From NCBI GenBank assembly GCA_021773305.1, contig JAJFKH010000007.1:8058-72057 (forward strand): DNA of 64,000 bases, read 5' to 3'. The notes under the pieces were generated by a model that worked only from the letters and a program-made list of their open reading frames with translations, did no database searches and was not told the DNA's origin. Positions within the stretch are counted from its first letter, which is position 1; every line of letters begins with the position of its first letter. The translations under genes and the position numbers were made by a program. The DNA comes from Gammaproteobacteria bacterium. GTDB taxonomy: Bacteria > Pseudomonadota > Gammaproteobacteria > UBA1113. Shown piece after piece: positions 19,768-30,684 of the stretch.

Positions 19768-20082
19768 TCATTCCATTTTCACTTGCAGCATGCCCTCTTT
19801 TTCTCGTACAGAAAAAGTATCAATATCTTCATAGGCTGGAGGCATAGTGGCTTCCCCCGTCTTAAGACAAAACCTAGCACCATGACGGGGACAGATGATT
19901 TCGTCCCCTTCAATTTCACCCGCAGACAAATCACCACCATCATGAGTGCAAAGATTTTCTACGGCAAAAAAATTACCATCGACATTTAATATCAAAATAT
20001 CAACATCATCTACGATAAAATCTTTGTGCTCACCAGGTTTTAGCTCCGACGCTGGAACAACATCGAACCACTGTTCTGTCAC
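19768..20082 (-). CDS. Rieske [2Fe-2S] ferredoxin
   Basis: CTHD and CPRHGARF. Confidence 0.92.
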   Translation of the reverse strand: MTEQWFDVVPASELKPGEHKDFIVDDVDILILNVDGNFFAVENLCTHDGGDLSAGEIEGDEIICPRHGARFCLKTGEATMPPAYEDIDTFSVREKEGMLQVKME

Positions 20083-20531
20083 GCTTTGTCTTCTACAACA
20101 ACAAGAGTCAATGTAGTTTGCACTTCAGGGTGCAATTGCAGAACAATTTCATGCTCCCCTGTGGTTCTAAGCGCACCATCAGACAATTGCACTTCCTTTT
20201 TAGTCACCTCTGCACCTGCGGCTGTAATGGCTTCAGCAATTTCTCGCACACCAATGGAACCAAAAAGTTTCCCTTCGTCCCCAGCTCGCGCCGAAATACT
20301 CACACTGATCCCAGCAATCGCTTCAACTCGCTGATTCGCTGTTACCAACGCATCAGCAGCTTTTTCCTCAAGCTCTGCCCGGCGTTCTTCGAAGATAGCT
20401 AAATTATCTCCTGTTGCACGCACCGCATGGCCAAGAGGCAAAAGAAAGTTTCGCGCATAACCAGATTTCACATCAACCTTATCGCCCAATAGGCCTAGGT
20501 TCCTCACATTTTCAAGTAAAATAACTTCCAT
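20079..20531 (-). CDS. rplI: 50S ribosomal protein L9
   Basis: MEVILLE...GYARNFLLP and GKLFGSI. Confidence 0.97.
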   Translation of the reverse strand: MEVILLENVRNLGLLGDKVDVKSGYARNFLLPLGHAVRATGDNLAIFEERRAELEEKAADALVTANQRVEAIAGISVSISARAGDEGKLFGSIGVREIAEAITAAGAEVTKKEVQLSDGALRTTGEHEIVLQLHPEVQTTLTLVVVEDKA

Positions 20532-20543
20532 CAAACACCTCTT

Positions 20544-21464
20544 CTACGTTAACTGCCAACGCTTACGCAAATCGAATAAACTATCACCGATAGCAAGCAA
20601 AAATAATAAACCCATCATAAAAGCTGGAAATAATACTAACAACAAGTAAAAAAGAACCACCGTCGTTAATCCTCGACGGCTCTTTCCAACCCAGCAATGA
20701 ATCAAACTTAGCCCTGCTATAATAAATGTCGCAAAAATAATGGGGATCACGTCTATCGCAGGACGAAAAGACAACCAAGCCCCAATAAATCCTATTAACG
20801 CCGCCCCGAGTGCTACATAGCCAAGGCGAACGTCACATAACTCGGGTCTTAAACCCTTGGGGTTAAATAACAACGCCTGCCACCAACGAGCTAGCCCGAG
20901 CAACACCAACTTAGAAAACATAACAAAGGCCAAAACACTTCCCGTCGCAATCATGGCAATGTTCTCAATGGCTTTGCTATCTTTTAATAGCTCCGTCACA
21001 TTGCCGAGCAAAGCCTCTCCCTGGGGCGTTAAAGCGTCTGCACTCATGTCTTGTGTAAACTGAGTTAAGATAGATTGATATTTCATTTCCCACCATCCTG
21101 GGAGATCGGGCAACAATCCATGCAACAACAAAACAACAATAACCGCTGCAAGTGCAGAAAACTCCAAGACAAATGTCCAAGAAGAACAGTAGCGCAGCAC
21201 CCATGCCATAGCCCATACATAGACGGAACCCGCAAGCACGGAACCTATCAAAATAGTAGGGTAATTTAAAAAGGCTAACACCACTACGGGCAAGCTTGCC
21301 CAAAGCAAAACCCAAGCACCTTCTTTCGGCCCTTTACGCAAAGTAACCAGACCTACGATCATCATGCTTAGCCAACCCATCAGAGGCAAAATGGCAAATA
21401 ACAATGCCATCGATGCCCCCAGTCTTTGACTCTTCAGCACATAGTGACCAAAGCGGACAAACAT
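20544..21464 (-). CDS. DUF2232-like membrane protein
   Basis: Multi-TM with LVTLRKG and LARWWQALLFNP; typical position between rpsR and rplI. Confidence 0.8.
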   Translation of the reverse strand: MFVRFGHYVLKSQRLGASMALLFAILPLMGWLSMMIVGLVTLRKGPKEGAWVLLWASLPVVVLAFLNYPTILIGSVLAGSVYVWAMAWVLRYCSSWTFVLEFSALAAVIVVLLLHGLLPDLPGWWEMKYQSILTQFTQDMSADALTPQGEALLGNVTELLKDSKAIENIAMIATGSVLAFVMFSKLVLLGLARWWQALLFNPKGLRPELCDVRLGYVALGAALIGFIGAWLSFRPAIDVIPIIFATFIIAGLSLIHCWVGKSRRGLTTVVLFYLLLVLFPAFMMGLLFLLAIGDSLFDLRKRWQLT

Positions 21465-21483
21465 GCTATCTATCCAATTTTAT

Positions 21484-21714
21484 TTATTGATGAGAATCAG
21501 TAAACGGCAACAACGCAAGCAAACGAGCACGTTTAATAGCCTCTGCCAACATGCGCTGGTATTTAGCGCTGACCCCGGTGATCCGACTAGGAACAATTTT
21601 ACAGGTTTCAGTAATATACTTTTTCAGCGTATAAATATCTTTGTAGTCAATCTCTTCAACATTTTCCGCTGTAAAGGGGCAAAACTTTCGTCCTCGATTA
21701 CGACCAAATGACAT
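21484..21714 (-). CDS. rpsR: 30S ribosomal protein S18
   Basis: [14 protein letters not shown] and [12 protein letters not shown]. Confidence 0.97.
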   Translation of the reverse strand: MSFGRNRGRKFCPFTAENVEEIDYKDIYTLKKYITETCKIVPSRITGVSAKYQRMLAEAIKRARLLALLPFTDSHQ

Positions 21715-21735
21715 AACAATGTTCTCCTATAATAT

Positions 21736-22155
21736 TTACTCTTCAGTTTCAGTGGGTTTTGTGTCTTCAGCGGTTTCCGCTTTCGTCTCAGGCGCTCGAT
21801 CTCTAGAAAATTTAGCCCTATCATCATACTTAGGCTTTTCCGCTTTCATCATAGGAGATGCTTCGGTAATCGCACGCTTTTGTTTGATCACAAGATTTCG
21901 CATCACTGCATCATTAAAACGAAAGGCATGATCGAGTTCATCCATGGCCGTTTGAGCACACTCCACGTTGAAAAGCACATAGTGAGCTTTATGGATTTTG
22001 TTAATCGGGTAAGCGAGCTGCCGTCGTCCCCAATCTTCAAGGCGATGCATCTTGCCACCATCTTTTTCAATAATGGCTTGATAACGCTCAATCATGGCAG
22101 GTACTTGGTCACTCTGATCCGGATGGACCATAAAAACGATTTCGTAATGTCTCAT
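21736..22155 (-). CDS. rpsF: 30S ribosomal protein S6
   Basis: [15 protein letters not shown] and [10 protein letters not shown]. Confidence 0.98.
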   Translation of the reverse strand: MRHYEIVFMVHPDQSDQVPAMIERYQAIIEKDGGKMHRLEDWGRRQLAYPINKIHKAHYVLFNVECAQTAMDELDHAFRFNDAVMRNLVIKQKRAITEASPMMKAEKPKYDDRAKFSRDRAPETKAETAEDTKPTETEE

Positions 22156-22159
22156 TGTT

Positions 22160-22220
22160 GCTCCTTATGGCTAATAATGAGTAGTTGTTATTGGATAAAA
22201 ACCCAATAAAAACAAGGAGT
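22160..22220 (-). promoter_or_regulatory. S6:S18 autoregulatory leader RNA (rpsF leader)
   Basis: Minus-strand ACTCCTTG can pair with the AAGGAG SD. Inner hairpin TTATTGGG/TCCAATAA, and a CC(A) just before the SD. Confidence 0.65.
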
Positions 22221-22251
22221 TAATATTCAACCCTAGGGTTGTCAGCCCATT

Positions 22252-22279
22252 ATTTTAGCAGATCCGGCGCGAGAGTCAA
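22252..22279 (-). promoter_or_regulatory. rpsF operon sigma70 promoter
   Basis: TTGACT-16 nt-TAAAAT with an extended TG. Confidence 0.7.
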
Positions 22280-22463
22280 AAAAATTTTACTTAAAATATA
22301 TTAATATTACATTATTATCGAAGTTCCCAATATGATGAGATCTTACTACTTAACTGCTTCTTCGACAAAAGTTTTGTTTCAATACATTAACGCAGTCATT
22401 CTTGACTGCATGGTAATGATTAGATAGAGTGGTAAAAAATAACGGGGATAAGGATCCACTCAG

Positions 22464-23244
22464 ATGACAAAAAAAAAATAAAACTCGGATTAAAAGATTT
22501 CTTATCGCTATTTCTTATGGGTGCTTAGTTGATATCAAACACTTGCTTACTTCCCTCATCCGACCCTATCAAGAAGATCCTCATCTCAAGAATATGACAA
22601 AATGGGAACAAGCTGCCTCAAAAGTGCCTTTGCTAAATGCACCTTGGCATCTCTTCAACGGACTTGTTCTTATTCCTATTACCTATTTAGTGATAGCACC
22701 CCCAGCGGCTATTATTGCTGGAATTGGGGCTTCGGTTGCACTCCTAGTAGCTCCGGTTGAATTAGGAAATATAGCGATTGATATTGTCGTGAAAGCGTTA
22801 ATGATCTGTTTAATCCCTTGTGTTATCGTATTCACTGTAGTTGCTACACTTTCCTTACCTTTATATGGAATGGCTGCAAGTGCAGGCAATCTATTAGCTG
22901 CAGCGCTAGATGTGGTGATGACACCGATTTCTATTTTCTCTCGCTCGTTTGCCAGTCTATTACATACAATTAAAAAACCTAAAGAAAAAGTAAAGGGGGA
23001 AGAGAAAAAGCCCGCGGCTAAACCTCGGCATGTTTATCAAAAAGTCGCAGCCGATGAGCAATCCATAGAAAAAGTGAAAAAACAGCATTGTTATCCAAGC
23101 CCATTGCACACTAAAAAATCAGTAAATACTGATAAGATTGCTCCAGAAATGCCCGAAGGAAGTAAGAAAAACCCTGATGAAATTCAACCTTCAGTAGAAG
23201 CTATTGAGCATGCTCAAGTACCCTTGCTCAGAGCCACATATTAA
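22464..23244 (+). CDS. Hypothetical membrane protein, frameshifted in an A10 run after the probable start
   Basis: AAGGA RBS and ATG at 22464. A10 at 22469-22478 gives an immediate TAA, whereas A9 would join the open frame of ORF 22543..23244. Confidence 0.6.
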
Positions 23245-23415
23245 AATCCAACAAATCATCCGCATGGGCATATAAACTTCCTGGATGCCGTAGACATGCG
23301 TCCAAGAGCAGGCACATTACCCTTTCTCCTTGTCACCAATACCCTTTAGTAAAGGGTATAAAAAGTTTTTTAAATTCAATTAGTTGTAAATTTTAGACCC
23401 AAATAGGAGGCAAAA

Positions 23416-23505
23416 ATGCTATACTTGGGTCAAATTGAAATCCTTATTTTCAAATTGACCTTATTTTTGATCGTAATGATAATGTTGTCACTATTTGTGA
23501 AATAA
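23416..23505 (+). CDS. Candidate 29-aa hydrophobic small protein
   Basis: AGGAGG 5 nt before the ATG; translates as MLYLGQIEILIFKLTLFLIVMIMLSLFVK. Confidence 0.35.
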   Translation: MLYLGQIEILIFKLTLFLIVMIMLSLFVK

Positions 23506-23648
23506 AATACCTCAGCACTCCTGCTAAGAAAAAAATTATTAACTAGTGCCTCTGGTGCAGAGCAATCATTAATTGACATGCATTACTTCGATAAAATCAT
23601 TACATTAGAAGATATTCTCAATCCCCATTATTGGGAGCATCCTAGACC

Positions 23649-24710
23649 TTAATGTTGACTCAGCTCATGAACCGCATCGACAAAACAAGCCACATGATCG
23701 GGAGAAATTTCTGGATGGATCCCATGGCCAAGATTAAAAACATGGCCGGAGCCTTCACCATAACTATTGAGAATACGTTTGACCTCTGAGCGAATAGATT
23801 CCTCTGAGCTATACAGCACACAAGGATCCATGTTGCCTTGTAACGCAACTTTGTCGCCAATCCTTGCTCTGGCAATATCAATGTCAATCGTCCAATCCAA
23901 ACCCACCCCGGTACAACCAATAGCTGCGATTTTCTCTAACCACAACCCACCATTTTTGGTAAACACAATCGTCGGGATATTGCGATCCTCATAATTCAAG
24001 TCTAATCCGGAAATAATTTTTTCCATGTAAGCTAACGAAAAAGCTGCATAAGCAGGTGTGCTCAATACTCCACCCCAGGTATCAAATAACATCACACAAT
24101 CAACTCCAGCATGGATTTGCGCATTCAAATATTGAATGACCGATTGCGCCAGCTTATCTAGGAGAGCATGTAACGTATTAGGATCTTCATACAATAATCC
24201 TTTAATCTTAGAAAAAGTTTTACTACTGCCTCCCTCTACCATATAGGTTGCCAACGTCCAAGGACTTCCCGAAAAGCCAATCAAGGGTACGGATTGATTC
24301 AGCTCCCGTTTAATGGTTGTCACAGCGTCTGGCACATAAGCAATATCATGCAAGGGATCCGGTATAGATAATTTATCAATATCCGCTTTGGATGTTATCG
24401 GGTGTTCGAAGCGAGGCCCTTCTCCTGGTGTAAAATACAATCCCAACCCCATGGCATCAGGTATGGTTAAAATATCAGAAAATAAAATAGCCGCATCAAA
24501 CTCATAGCGTCGCAAAGGTTGCAATGTCACTTCACAAGCAAGTTCTGGATTTTTGCACAGAGACATAAAGTCTCCCGCTTGTTCGCGCACTTTACGGTAT
24601 TCCGGAAGATAACGTCCCGCCTGTCGCATCATCCAAACCGGCGTGCAATCCACCGGTTTACGAAATAATGCTCGAATAAATCTATCATTTTTTAAAGGTA
24701 ACGAAGGCAT
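23649..24710 (-). CDS. hemE: Uroporphyrinogen decarboxylase
   Basis: [23 protein letters not shown] and FNLGHGI. Confidence 0.98.
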   Translation of the reverse strand: MPSLPLKNDRFIRALFRKPVDCTPVWMMRQAGRYLPEYRKVREQAGDFMSLCKNPELACEVTLQPLRRYEFDAAILFSDILTIPDAMGLGLYFTPGEGPRFEHPITSKADIDKLSIPDPLHDIAYVPDAVTTIKRELNQSVPLIGFSGSPWTLATYMVEGGSSKTFSKIKGLLYEDPNTLHALLDKLAQSVIQYLNAQIHAGVDCVMLFDTWGGVLSTPAYAAFSLAYMEKIISGLDLNYEDRNIPTIVFTKNGGLWLEKIAAIGCTGVGLDWTIDIDIARARIGDKVALQGNMDPCVLYSSEESIRSEVKRILNSYGEGSGHVFNLGHGIHPEISPDHVACFVDAVHELSQH

Positions 24711-26389
24711 TATGTTTGACGCTTATGACTCGATGGTTGTACAGAAGAAAATTGTCGCGCCCAAGGATGCTCTTTTTGCGCAGCTTGAGGCAACCCATGG
24801 ATAGCACGTCTCGCCGCTTGGGCAGAATTGTAGTTTCCATAGGTTACAATATACCAATCTTTTCCATTATGTTTTGTATGAAAATAAAAAGCATTTTTTT
24901 CTAAATGATTCAAATCCACAAAACGATGCAAACGTTGTTTATCATATGCCCCCATCAATTGTAATGTATAGTGATTTTTATTATGGCTTAAAAAATTATC
25001 TTCATCAGTTTTATGCATAGTTCGTAAAGAACTAGGTTTGAATTTTTGATCAACTTTTATTTGAGTTTTTTCTCCCGATAACACAGCGGGATCAGAAATA
25101 AATAATTGTTGCTTTTCTAACAACAATACTGAATCAACAGCCCCCTGTGGCTCCACTGGATTATCCTTGGATGGTGCAGGAGCAACTTTCGGTTTTACCT
25201 TTTGTGGCGCTGGTGGTGCTACCTTAATCGGAGCATCTGCTACAACTACCCTTCCAGGCTTTATTGAAGGTATTTTCTCTTCAGACGCCTCAACCACAGG
25301 AGTTTTTTCTGCAATAACCTCTTCAAACGTAGGTGCGGGTGCTTCCGCTGCACTCTCTAAAGGCAGTGTGATTAATGGCGTTTCTTTAGCATCATGCAAT
25401 GCCGTAATATTCAATTCATCACTAATAGAAAGCTCAGCCTGATCGCTGGAAGTATGTTGTCTAAAATCATCCATCAATTGCTCAATAACCACTTGTTCCG
25501 GTTGAGACTCTTCCCCAAGGAAAAAAATCAGAGCAACAAAAGTCAACGCAATCGTTAAGACACTACCAAGCCCGTAAAAAATGACTTTCTTTGGTAATCT
25601 TAATCGCATTTTTTTATCTTTTTTATCCGTTTTTTTTCCAGCATCTTTCGCTGAGGTTTTCGTTTCTAATGCTTGACGAGCATAAAAGTTAACTTTAGCA
25701 GGCACACCGCCTGAATGTTGGAAAATATCAATAACTTCTTCGTCATTCAATGGAAATTCTTGCTTTAATCCCGCTAAAGACAAACGATGCTGAATATAAT
25801 CTCTAATGGTTTCACAGGACATAGGCTTGATCCGAGAAGTGTGGGTCACACCTTCTCCCATATGCTGGGCAGTGATATCGGCCACTGTCGCTTCCACTTG
25901 AGGCCCACCAAATAAAATCACATGTAATGGTTGATTATCTTTAGGTTGCTGAGTCGCAATATCCAAAATGGCCGCTAAGGCCTTTTCCGGTAATAAATGG
26001 GCATCATCGATCACTAAAAGATATCGACGCTGTTGCATTTTTTCTAGCTGAGTGTTCAGCTGCTGATTAAATGTTTCTCTACGGCCATCCGAAAAGGCAA
26101 ACCCAAGGTGCTTAGCCAGTAGATAACGCAAGACATCTGGCGTTAAAGAAACATCTCCCTGAACTTTGCATATATCAGCACTTTCTTCCACCCGGCTAAT
26201 AAATTTTCGCAATAATGTGGTTTTTCCTACTCCGGATATACCGGTGACCATCAATACCGCTTGGCTGTTATCACTCAAATGGACAATTAAGTCCAGCAAT
26301 TGCTGCCATTGGCTAGAAAAATAATAGCCATCAGAAGCTAACTCCGGCGCAAAGGGATCCCGTTCTAAATTGTAATACTGCCAGTACAT
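24710..26389 (-). CDS. AAA (ExeA-like) plus SPOR domain protein, DamX-like
   Basis: Walker A GISGVGKT, Walker B LVIDDAH, one TM segment, and a C-terminal SPOR (YTLQLMG...PWAR); follows aroB. Confidence 0.85.
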   Translation of the reverse strand: MYWQYYNLERDPFAPELASDGYYFSSQWQQLLDLIVHLSDNSQAVLMVTGISGVGKTTLLRKFISRVEESADICKVQGDVSLTPDVLRYLLAKHLGFAFSDGRRETFNQQLNTQLEKMQQRRYLLVIDDAHLLPEKALAAILDIATQQPKDNQPLHVILFGGPQVEATVADITAQHMGEGVTHTSRIKPMSCETIRDYIQHRLSLAGLKQEFPLNDEEVIDIFQHSGGVPAKVNFYARQALETKTSAKDAGKKTDKKDKKMRLRLPKKVIFYGLGSVLTIALTFVALIFFLGEESQPEQVVIEQLMDDFRQHTSSDQAELSISDELNITALHDAKETPLITLPLESAAEAPAPTFEEVIAEKTPVVEASEEKIPSIKPGRVVVADAPIKVAPPAPQKVKPKVAPAPSKDNPVEPQGAVDSVLLLEKQQLFISDPAVLSGEKTQIKVDQKFKPSSLRTMHKTDEDNFLSHNKNHYTLQLMGAYDKQRLHRFVDLNHLEKNAFYFHTKHNGKDWYIVTYGNYNSAQAARRAIHGLPQAAQKEHPWARQFSSVQPSSHKRQT

Positions 26390-26396
26390 CTTCACC

Positions 26397-27485
26397 TCAA
26401 GACAGTTTGCAACCTGTCGCAATTAATGTTTCATCAAGCATATCCTCTAGGACTGCTTTTTTGACAATTCCATGACCAATTTGTTGTAACAAAATGAACT
26501 GTAAACCACCTTCAAGCATTTTTTTATCCAGAGCCATGGCAGACTTTAATTGCAACAGAGTTAGCTCTGGCGGTGGAGCAATAGGTAATTCAACATGTTG
26601 CAACAGGTCAAGAATACGCCTCTTAGCTGCCGGTTGCAATAAGCCTAAGCGCTGAGATAAGTCCGCCGCCATGGCTATCCCTATGGAGACAGCCTCTCCG
26701 TGAAGATAAGTACCATAACCTGAACAAGTTTCAATGGCATGGGCAAATGTGTGACCAAAGTTGAGCAATATTCGTTCCCCCTGCTCTTTTGGATCGCCAC
26801 TGACAATCTTCGCTTTGATCTGGCAACTGCGGCAAATGACAGTGTGAAGGCATTGAGGCGATTTATTCATAAGTGCATCGACGCTGTTCACCAAATCATC
26901 AAAATATGAACTATCAGCAATCAATGCATGCTTCACTATTTCTGCAAAACCTGCACGATACTCCCTGGTTGGTAATGTCTCCAGCGTGTTGAGATCCATA
27001 ATAACACATTGGGGATGATGGAAAGCACCTATCATATTTTTGCCCCGTGGATGATTCACAGCGGTCTTACCTCCCACCGAAGCATCCACTTGAGCCAACA
27101 GCGTTGTCGGCACTTGAATAAAATCCACACCCCGCTGATAACATGCAGCAGCAAAACCTGTCACATCTCCGATAACCCCACCCCCTAAGGCAATCAAGGT
27201 ACAAGTTCGGTGAAAGCGATTATCAATCAACCTATCAAAAATATGCTCAGCCGAAGCCATGCTTTTATAGGCTTCACCATCAGGCAAAATAACTTCTATA
27301 ACGTTTCGATCCCTTAAGGTTTTTTTCAATGTTGATAAATATAAGGGAGCCACTGTCTCATTAGAAACAATGCACACTTGAGTTCCCTGGATATGTGGCT
27401 CAAACAGGTGTTTCTGGGATAATAAATTCTCACCGAGATAAATAGGGTAAGCATTGTCGGCCAGAGCGACCGGTATGATCTCCAC
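26397..27485 (-). CDS. aroB: 3-dehydroquinate synthase
   Basis: GGGVIGD, PTTLLAQVDASVGGKT and LNFGHTFAHAIE. Confidence 0.97.
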   Translation of the reverse strand: MEIIPVALADNAYPIYLGENLLSQKHLFEPHIQGTQVCIVSNETVAPLYLSTLKKTLRDRNVIEVILPDGEAYKSMASAEHIFDRLIDNRFHRTCTLIALGGGVIGDVTGFAAACYQRGVDFIQVPTTLLAQVDASVGGKTAVNHPRGKNMIGAFHHPQCVIMDLNTLETLPTREYRAGFAEIVKHALIADSSYFDDLVNSVDALMNKSPQCLHTVICRSCQIKAKIVSGDPKEQGERILLNFGHTFAHAIETCSGYGTYLHGEAVSIGIAMAADLSQRLGLLQPAAKRRILDLLQHVELPIAPPPELTLLQLKSAMALDKKMLEGGLQFILLQQIGHGIVKKAVLEDMLDETLIATGCKLS

Positions 27486-27488
27486 TAT

Positions 27489-28010
27489 TTACCGTTGATC
27501 GAGTAATTCAATGAGTTTGCACGCGAGTGCTTTAATACTTTCTTCGTTGGTACTGTAAACATAATCTGACATTTCTCGATAAATGGTGTCCCTATATTTT
27601 TGTTGTTCAATCAAAAACGTTCGCCTATCTGTAATCGTACGTAATTTAGGGCGGCGCTTATCTTTTTCCATACGAAGAAGTTGCTGCTCAATATCTACCG
27701 TTAAGTAAACCACAATGCCTCGGGCCGCAAGCACTCGACGATTGTCGGAAGATTCTACAGCGCCTCCGCCAGTGGCTAAGACAATACCTTGTTTTTTACT
27801 TAACTCATCGATGATCTCAAACTCTCGTTCCCGAAAGCCTTCTTCTCCTTCAAGATCATAGATCCAGGCCACATCCACCCCAGTACGTTCTTCGATCACT
27901 TGATCTGAATCGTAAAAAGGGCAACCCAGTTCCGCCGCCAATTGGCGACCGATGGTCGTTTTGCCAGCCCCCATGGGGCCGACTAAAAAAATATTTCGTT
28001 GTTTTTTCAT
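27489..28010 (-). CDS. aroK: Shikimate kinase
   Basis: NIFLVGPMGAGKTTIG, GEEGFR and ATGGG. Confidence 0.96.
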   Translation of the reverse strand: MKKQRNIFLVGPMGAGKTTIGRQLAAELGCPFYDSDQVIEERTGVDVAWIYDLEGEEGFREREFEIIDELSKKQGIVLATGGGAVESSDNRRVLAARGIVVYLTVDIEQQLLRMEKDKRRPKLRTITDRRTFLIEQQKYRDTIYREMSDYVYSTNEESIKALACKLIELLDQR

Positions 28011-28028
28011 AAGTGTTGCTATGGTAAA

Positions 28029-30158
28029 TTAAGTTGTTGCTGTCTGTTCCACAATCTTAGGCGTTATGAATATAAGCAATTCTTGCCTTTCATTCATATT
28101 ATTTGTATTTCTAAACAAATACCCAATTAAGGGCAAGCTACCAAAGAATGGGATCCGCGTTACTGTATTTCGTTTATCTTCCTGATAAACACCACCGAGC
28201 ACAATGGTTTGACCATTTTCGACTAATACCCGAGTTTCAATTTGCTGAGTCGCAATTGCAGGCACGCCTAGCACTTCCGGCTCATTACTACGTCTATCTT
28301 GATTGATTTTCAAATCCATGATGATATTACCATCCGGTGTTATCTGGGGCGTTACCCGTAGGGCCAACACCGCCTTTTTAAATTCAACGGAAGTTGCGCC
28401 ACTGGATGTGGCTTCTTGATAGGGAATTTCCTCGCCTTGCTCAATAACCGCTTCATGTTGATTCGCAGTCACTAACCTAGGACTTGAAATGAGTTCACCC
28501 ATACCTTCAGATTCTAAAGCAGAAATTTCTAAATCTAGCAAATAACCTTTCCCTAAATTAGCCAGGGCAACACCAAAGGAACCGGCAATACCTGCATCAG
28601 GCAAGGAAGGTAAATTCACATTTAATCTCTCTGCCACCGGCAAATTCAATAAAGGATTATTGCCATTTAATACGTTATTTTGCATGGTATTGGCACCTTC
28701 TAGGGTACCTGTCACGTGATTAGGTTTTGTCACACCAAATTGAATCCCTAATTCCTTTTCAAAATTGGTATCGACATTGACAATCCTTGCTTCGATTAAG
28801 ACTTGCTTCACCGGCACATCTAAACGCTCAATCAATTCCCTCGCACGCAGTACGCTATCGAGGGTATCTTGGATAAGTAACGTATTGGTTCTATCATCCA
28901 CTGTGACATTACCTCTAGCGGTGAGCAGTGATGTGCTTTGATCTTTTAACAAATTAGAAACATCCGCAGCTTTAGCATAATTCAGTTGCATCAATTCTGT
29001 TGTGAGCGGCTCTAAGGCTTTCACTTCTTTTTTTGATTCTAATTCTTCTTTTTCCCGAGCAGCCACTTCCTCACTCGGGGCAATCATCAACACATTGCCA
29101 ACCTTGCGCTGCGCTAAGCCTTGGGTTTTCAGGATAATAGCAAGGGCTTCATCCCAAGGAATGTTATTTAATCTGAGAGTAATACTGCCTTTCACGGTAT
29201 CACTTGCAACAATATTAATTCCGGTAAACTCAGCTAATAATTGCAAAATAGCCCGCACTTGAATGTCTTGAAAATTAAGCGACAATCGCTCTCCTGTATA
29301 AACAATGTCTTCTTCATTTTCACCAATGATAGTATCACCCACATCCGGACTCACATCGACAACAAATTTATCATTCACTTGATAAGCCAGATGCTGATAA
29401 CTCCCTGTAACATGAATCGACATTTTGACATTGCTTGCTTGTTTTTGCGTATCAATGATTTGCACAGGCGTACCAAAATCAGTCACATCAAGTCGTCGTT
29501 GAAGCCGAGACGGTATCGACGTCTCAATAAATTCCACAACAATTTCATCTGTTTGCTGGGTCACATTTATCCCCATACTAGCATCAGACAACATTGCAAT
29601 GACACGTCCTCCACCATCTTCATCTCGGCGAAAATCAACCCCTTTAATAGCGTGATGTACTTTGCTCCATTGGTTAACCGAAAATTTATCTTTCGTATAT
29701 TTTAAAGCAACAGGAGCCGTTCCATTTAATGTCACATAAATATGGGTACCATTATCCCTTCCCACCCCTGGGACAACTTGGTAGTGCACAGCATTTTTTA
29801 AACTTAATACCGCTCTGACTCGATTATTCGCTTCAACCACGTCAATATTGCGCAATACACCCACAGGAAGAAATTTACTATTTTTGTCAAAGCCTTTTTT
29901 AGCATGGGCAAAATCAATAATCACCCGTGGCGGCTGTTGAGTTTTAAAGCTTTTAGGGATCATAACCGGTTTATCAAAAGTAAAGTCTATACGAATTTTT
30001 CCATTGGCCAGCGCCTGAGCATCAATATCGGTTAATACTGCATCAGAACGTTCTGCTGCAAATACCAAAGAAACCCAACACAGCAGAAACAGGCCGAGAA
30101 AACCCGACAAACTCCATCCAACCCGTTTCAAATGTATATTATCCAATCTACTGCTCAC
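28029..30158 (-). CDS. pilQ: Type IV pilus secretin PilQ
   Basis: AMIN domains, YTGERLSLNFQDI, QVLIEARIV and ELLIFITPKI. Confidence 0.96.
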   Translation of the reverse strand: MSSRLDNIHLKRVGWSLSGFLGLFLLCWVSLVFAAERSDAVLTDIDAQALANGKIRIDFTFDKPVMIPKSFKTQQPPRVIIDFAHAKKGFDKNSKFLPVGVLRNIDVVEANNRVRAVLSLKNAVHYQVVPGVGRDNGTHIYVTLNGTAPVALKYTKDKFSVNQWSKVHHAIKGVDFRRDEDGGGRVIAMLSDASMGINVTQQTDEIVVEFIETSIPSRLQRRLDVTDFGTPVQIIDTQKQASNVKMSIHVTGSYQHLAYQVNDKFVVDVSPDVGDTIIGENEEDIVYTGERLSLNFQDIQVRAILQLLAEFTGINIVASDTVKGSITLRLNNIPWDEALAIILKTQGLAQRKVGNVLMIAPSEEVAAREKEELESKKEVKALEPLTTELMQLNYAKAADVSNLLKDQSTSLLTARGNVTVDDRTNTLLIQDTLDSVLRARELIERLDVPVKQVLIEARIVNVDTNFEKELGIQFGVTKPNHVTGTLEGANTMQNNVLNGNNPLLNLPVAERLNVNLPSLPDAGIAGSFGVALANLGKGYLLDLEISALESEGMGELISSPRLVTANQHEAVIEQGEEIPYQEATSSGATSVEFKKAVLALRVTPQITPDGNIIMDLKINQDRRSNEPEVLGVPAIATQQIETRVLVENGQTIVLGGVYQEDKRNTVTRIPFFGSLPLIGYLFRNTNNMNERQELLIFITPKIVEQTATT

Positions 30159-30684
30159 TTAATGTCATGGTCACTTGGCGTTTTTTCCAACCACCAAGCC
30201 CATCCGGCACTGTTTCTAAAATGCTAACTTGGTTCACCGTAACACGTTCAACCTTACCAAAATTCTGTCCAATATGGTTGCCTGTGGCAATACGATAAAC
30301 CGAACCATCAGGGGCCGATATCAACGCCCAAATATCACCCGCTCTACCTAATGTCCCTACCATTCGCAGAGCATCTAACGGAAAGGCCTCTAACTTTTCT
30401 TTGGGCCGATTCGTATCCGGTTGTACCCCAGACGCTAATTTCCTAACCTGAGGCGGTCGAAATGGATCCCGTAAATTCCCAGCAGAATAACTATGCGAAT
30501 CGAAAGTGGCAAACTGCGGTATCGGTTCCACTTCCTGGGCAGGACGGCTTTTCACTTCATCCATGTAAGCTTTTAAACCAGCGTGCCTCTTTTCATAGCT
30601 ACTACAACCTGACACTACAAGCATGCAAAATAAGAGCCAGATTATCAAGCAACTCGACAGTGACTTTCGCGCTAAGTGTATCAC
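30148..30684 (-). CDS. pilP: Type IV pilus lipoprotein PilP
   Basis: Lipobox, RDPF, KEKLEAFPLDALRMVGTL and GQNFG. Confidence 0.94.
   Translation of the reverse strand: MIHLARKSLSSCLIIWLLFCMLVVSGCSSYEKRHAGLKAYMDEVKSRPAQEVEPIPQFATFDSHSYSAGNLRDPFRPPQVRKLASGVQPDTNRPKEKLEAFPLDALRMVGTLGRAGDIWALISAPDGSVYRIATGNHIGQNFGKVERVTVNQVSILETVPDGLGGWKKRQVTMTLSEQ

Noticed and set aside
22290-22308. PmrA-like CTTAAAATA-T-ATTAATATT upstream of the 22464 gene
   Set aside because: The TTAA cores are 10 bp apart, not 11, and it sits in the AT-rich UP region of the rpsF promoter.
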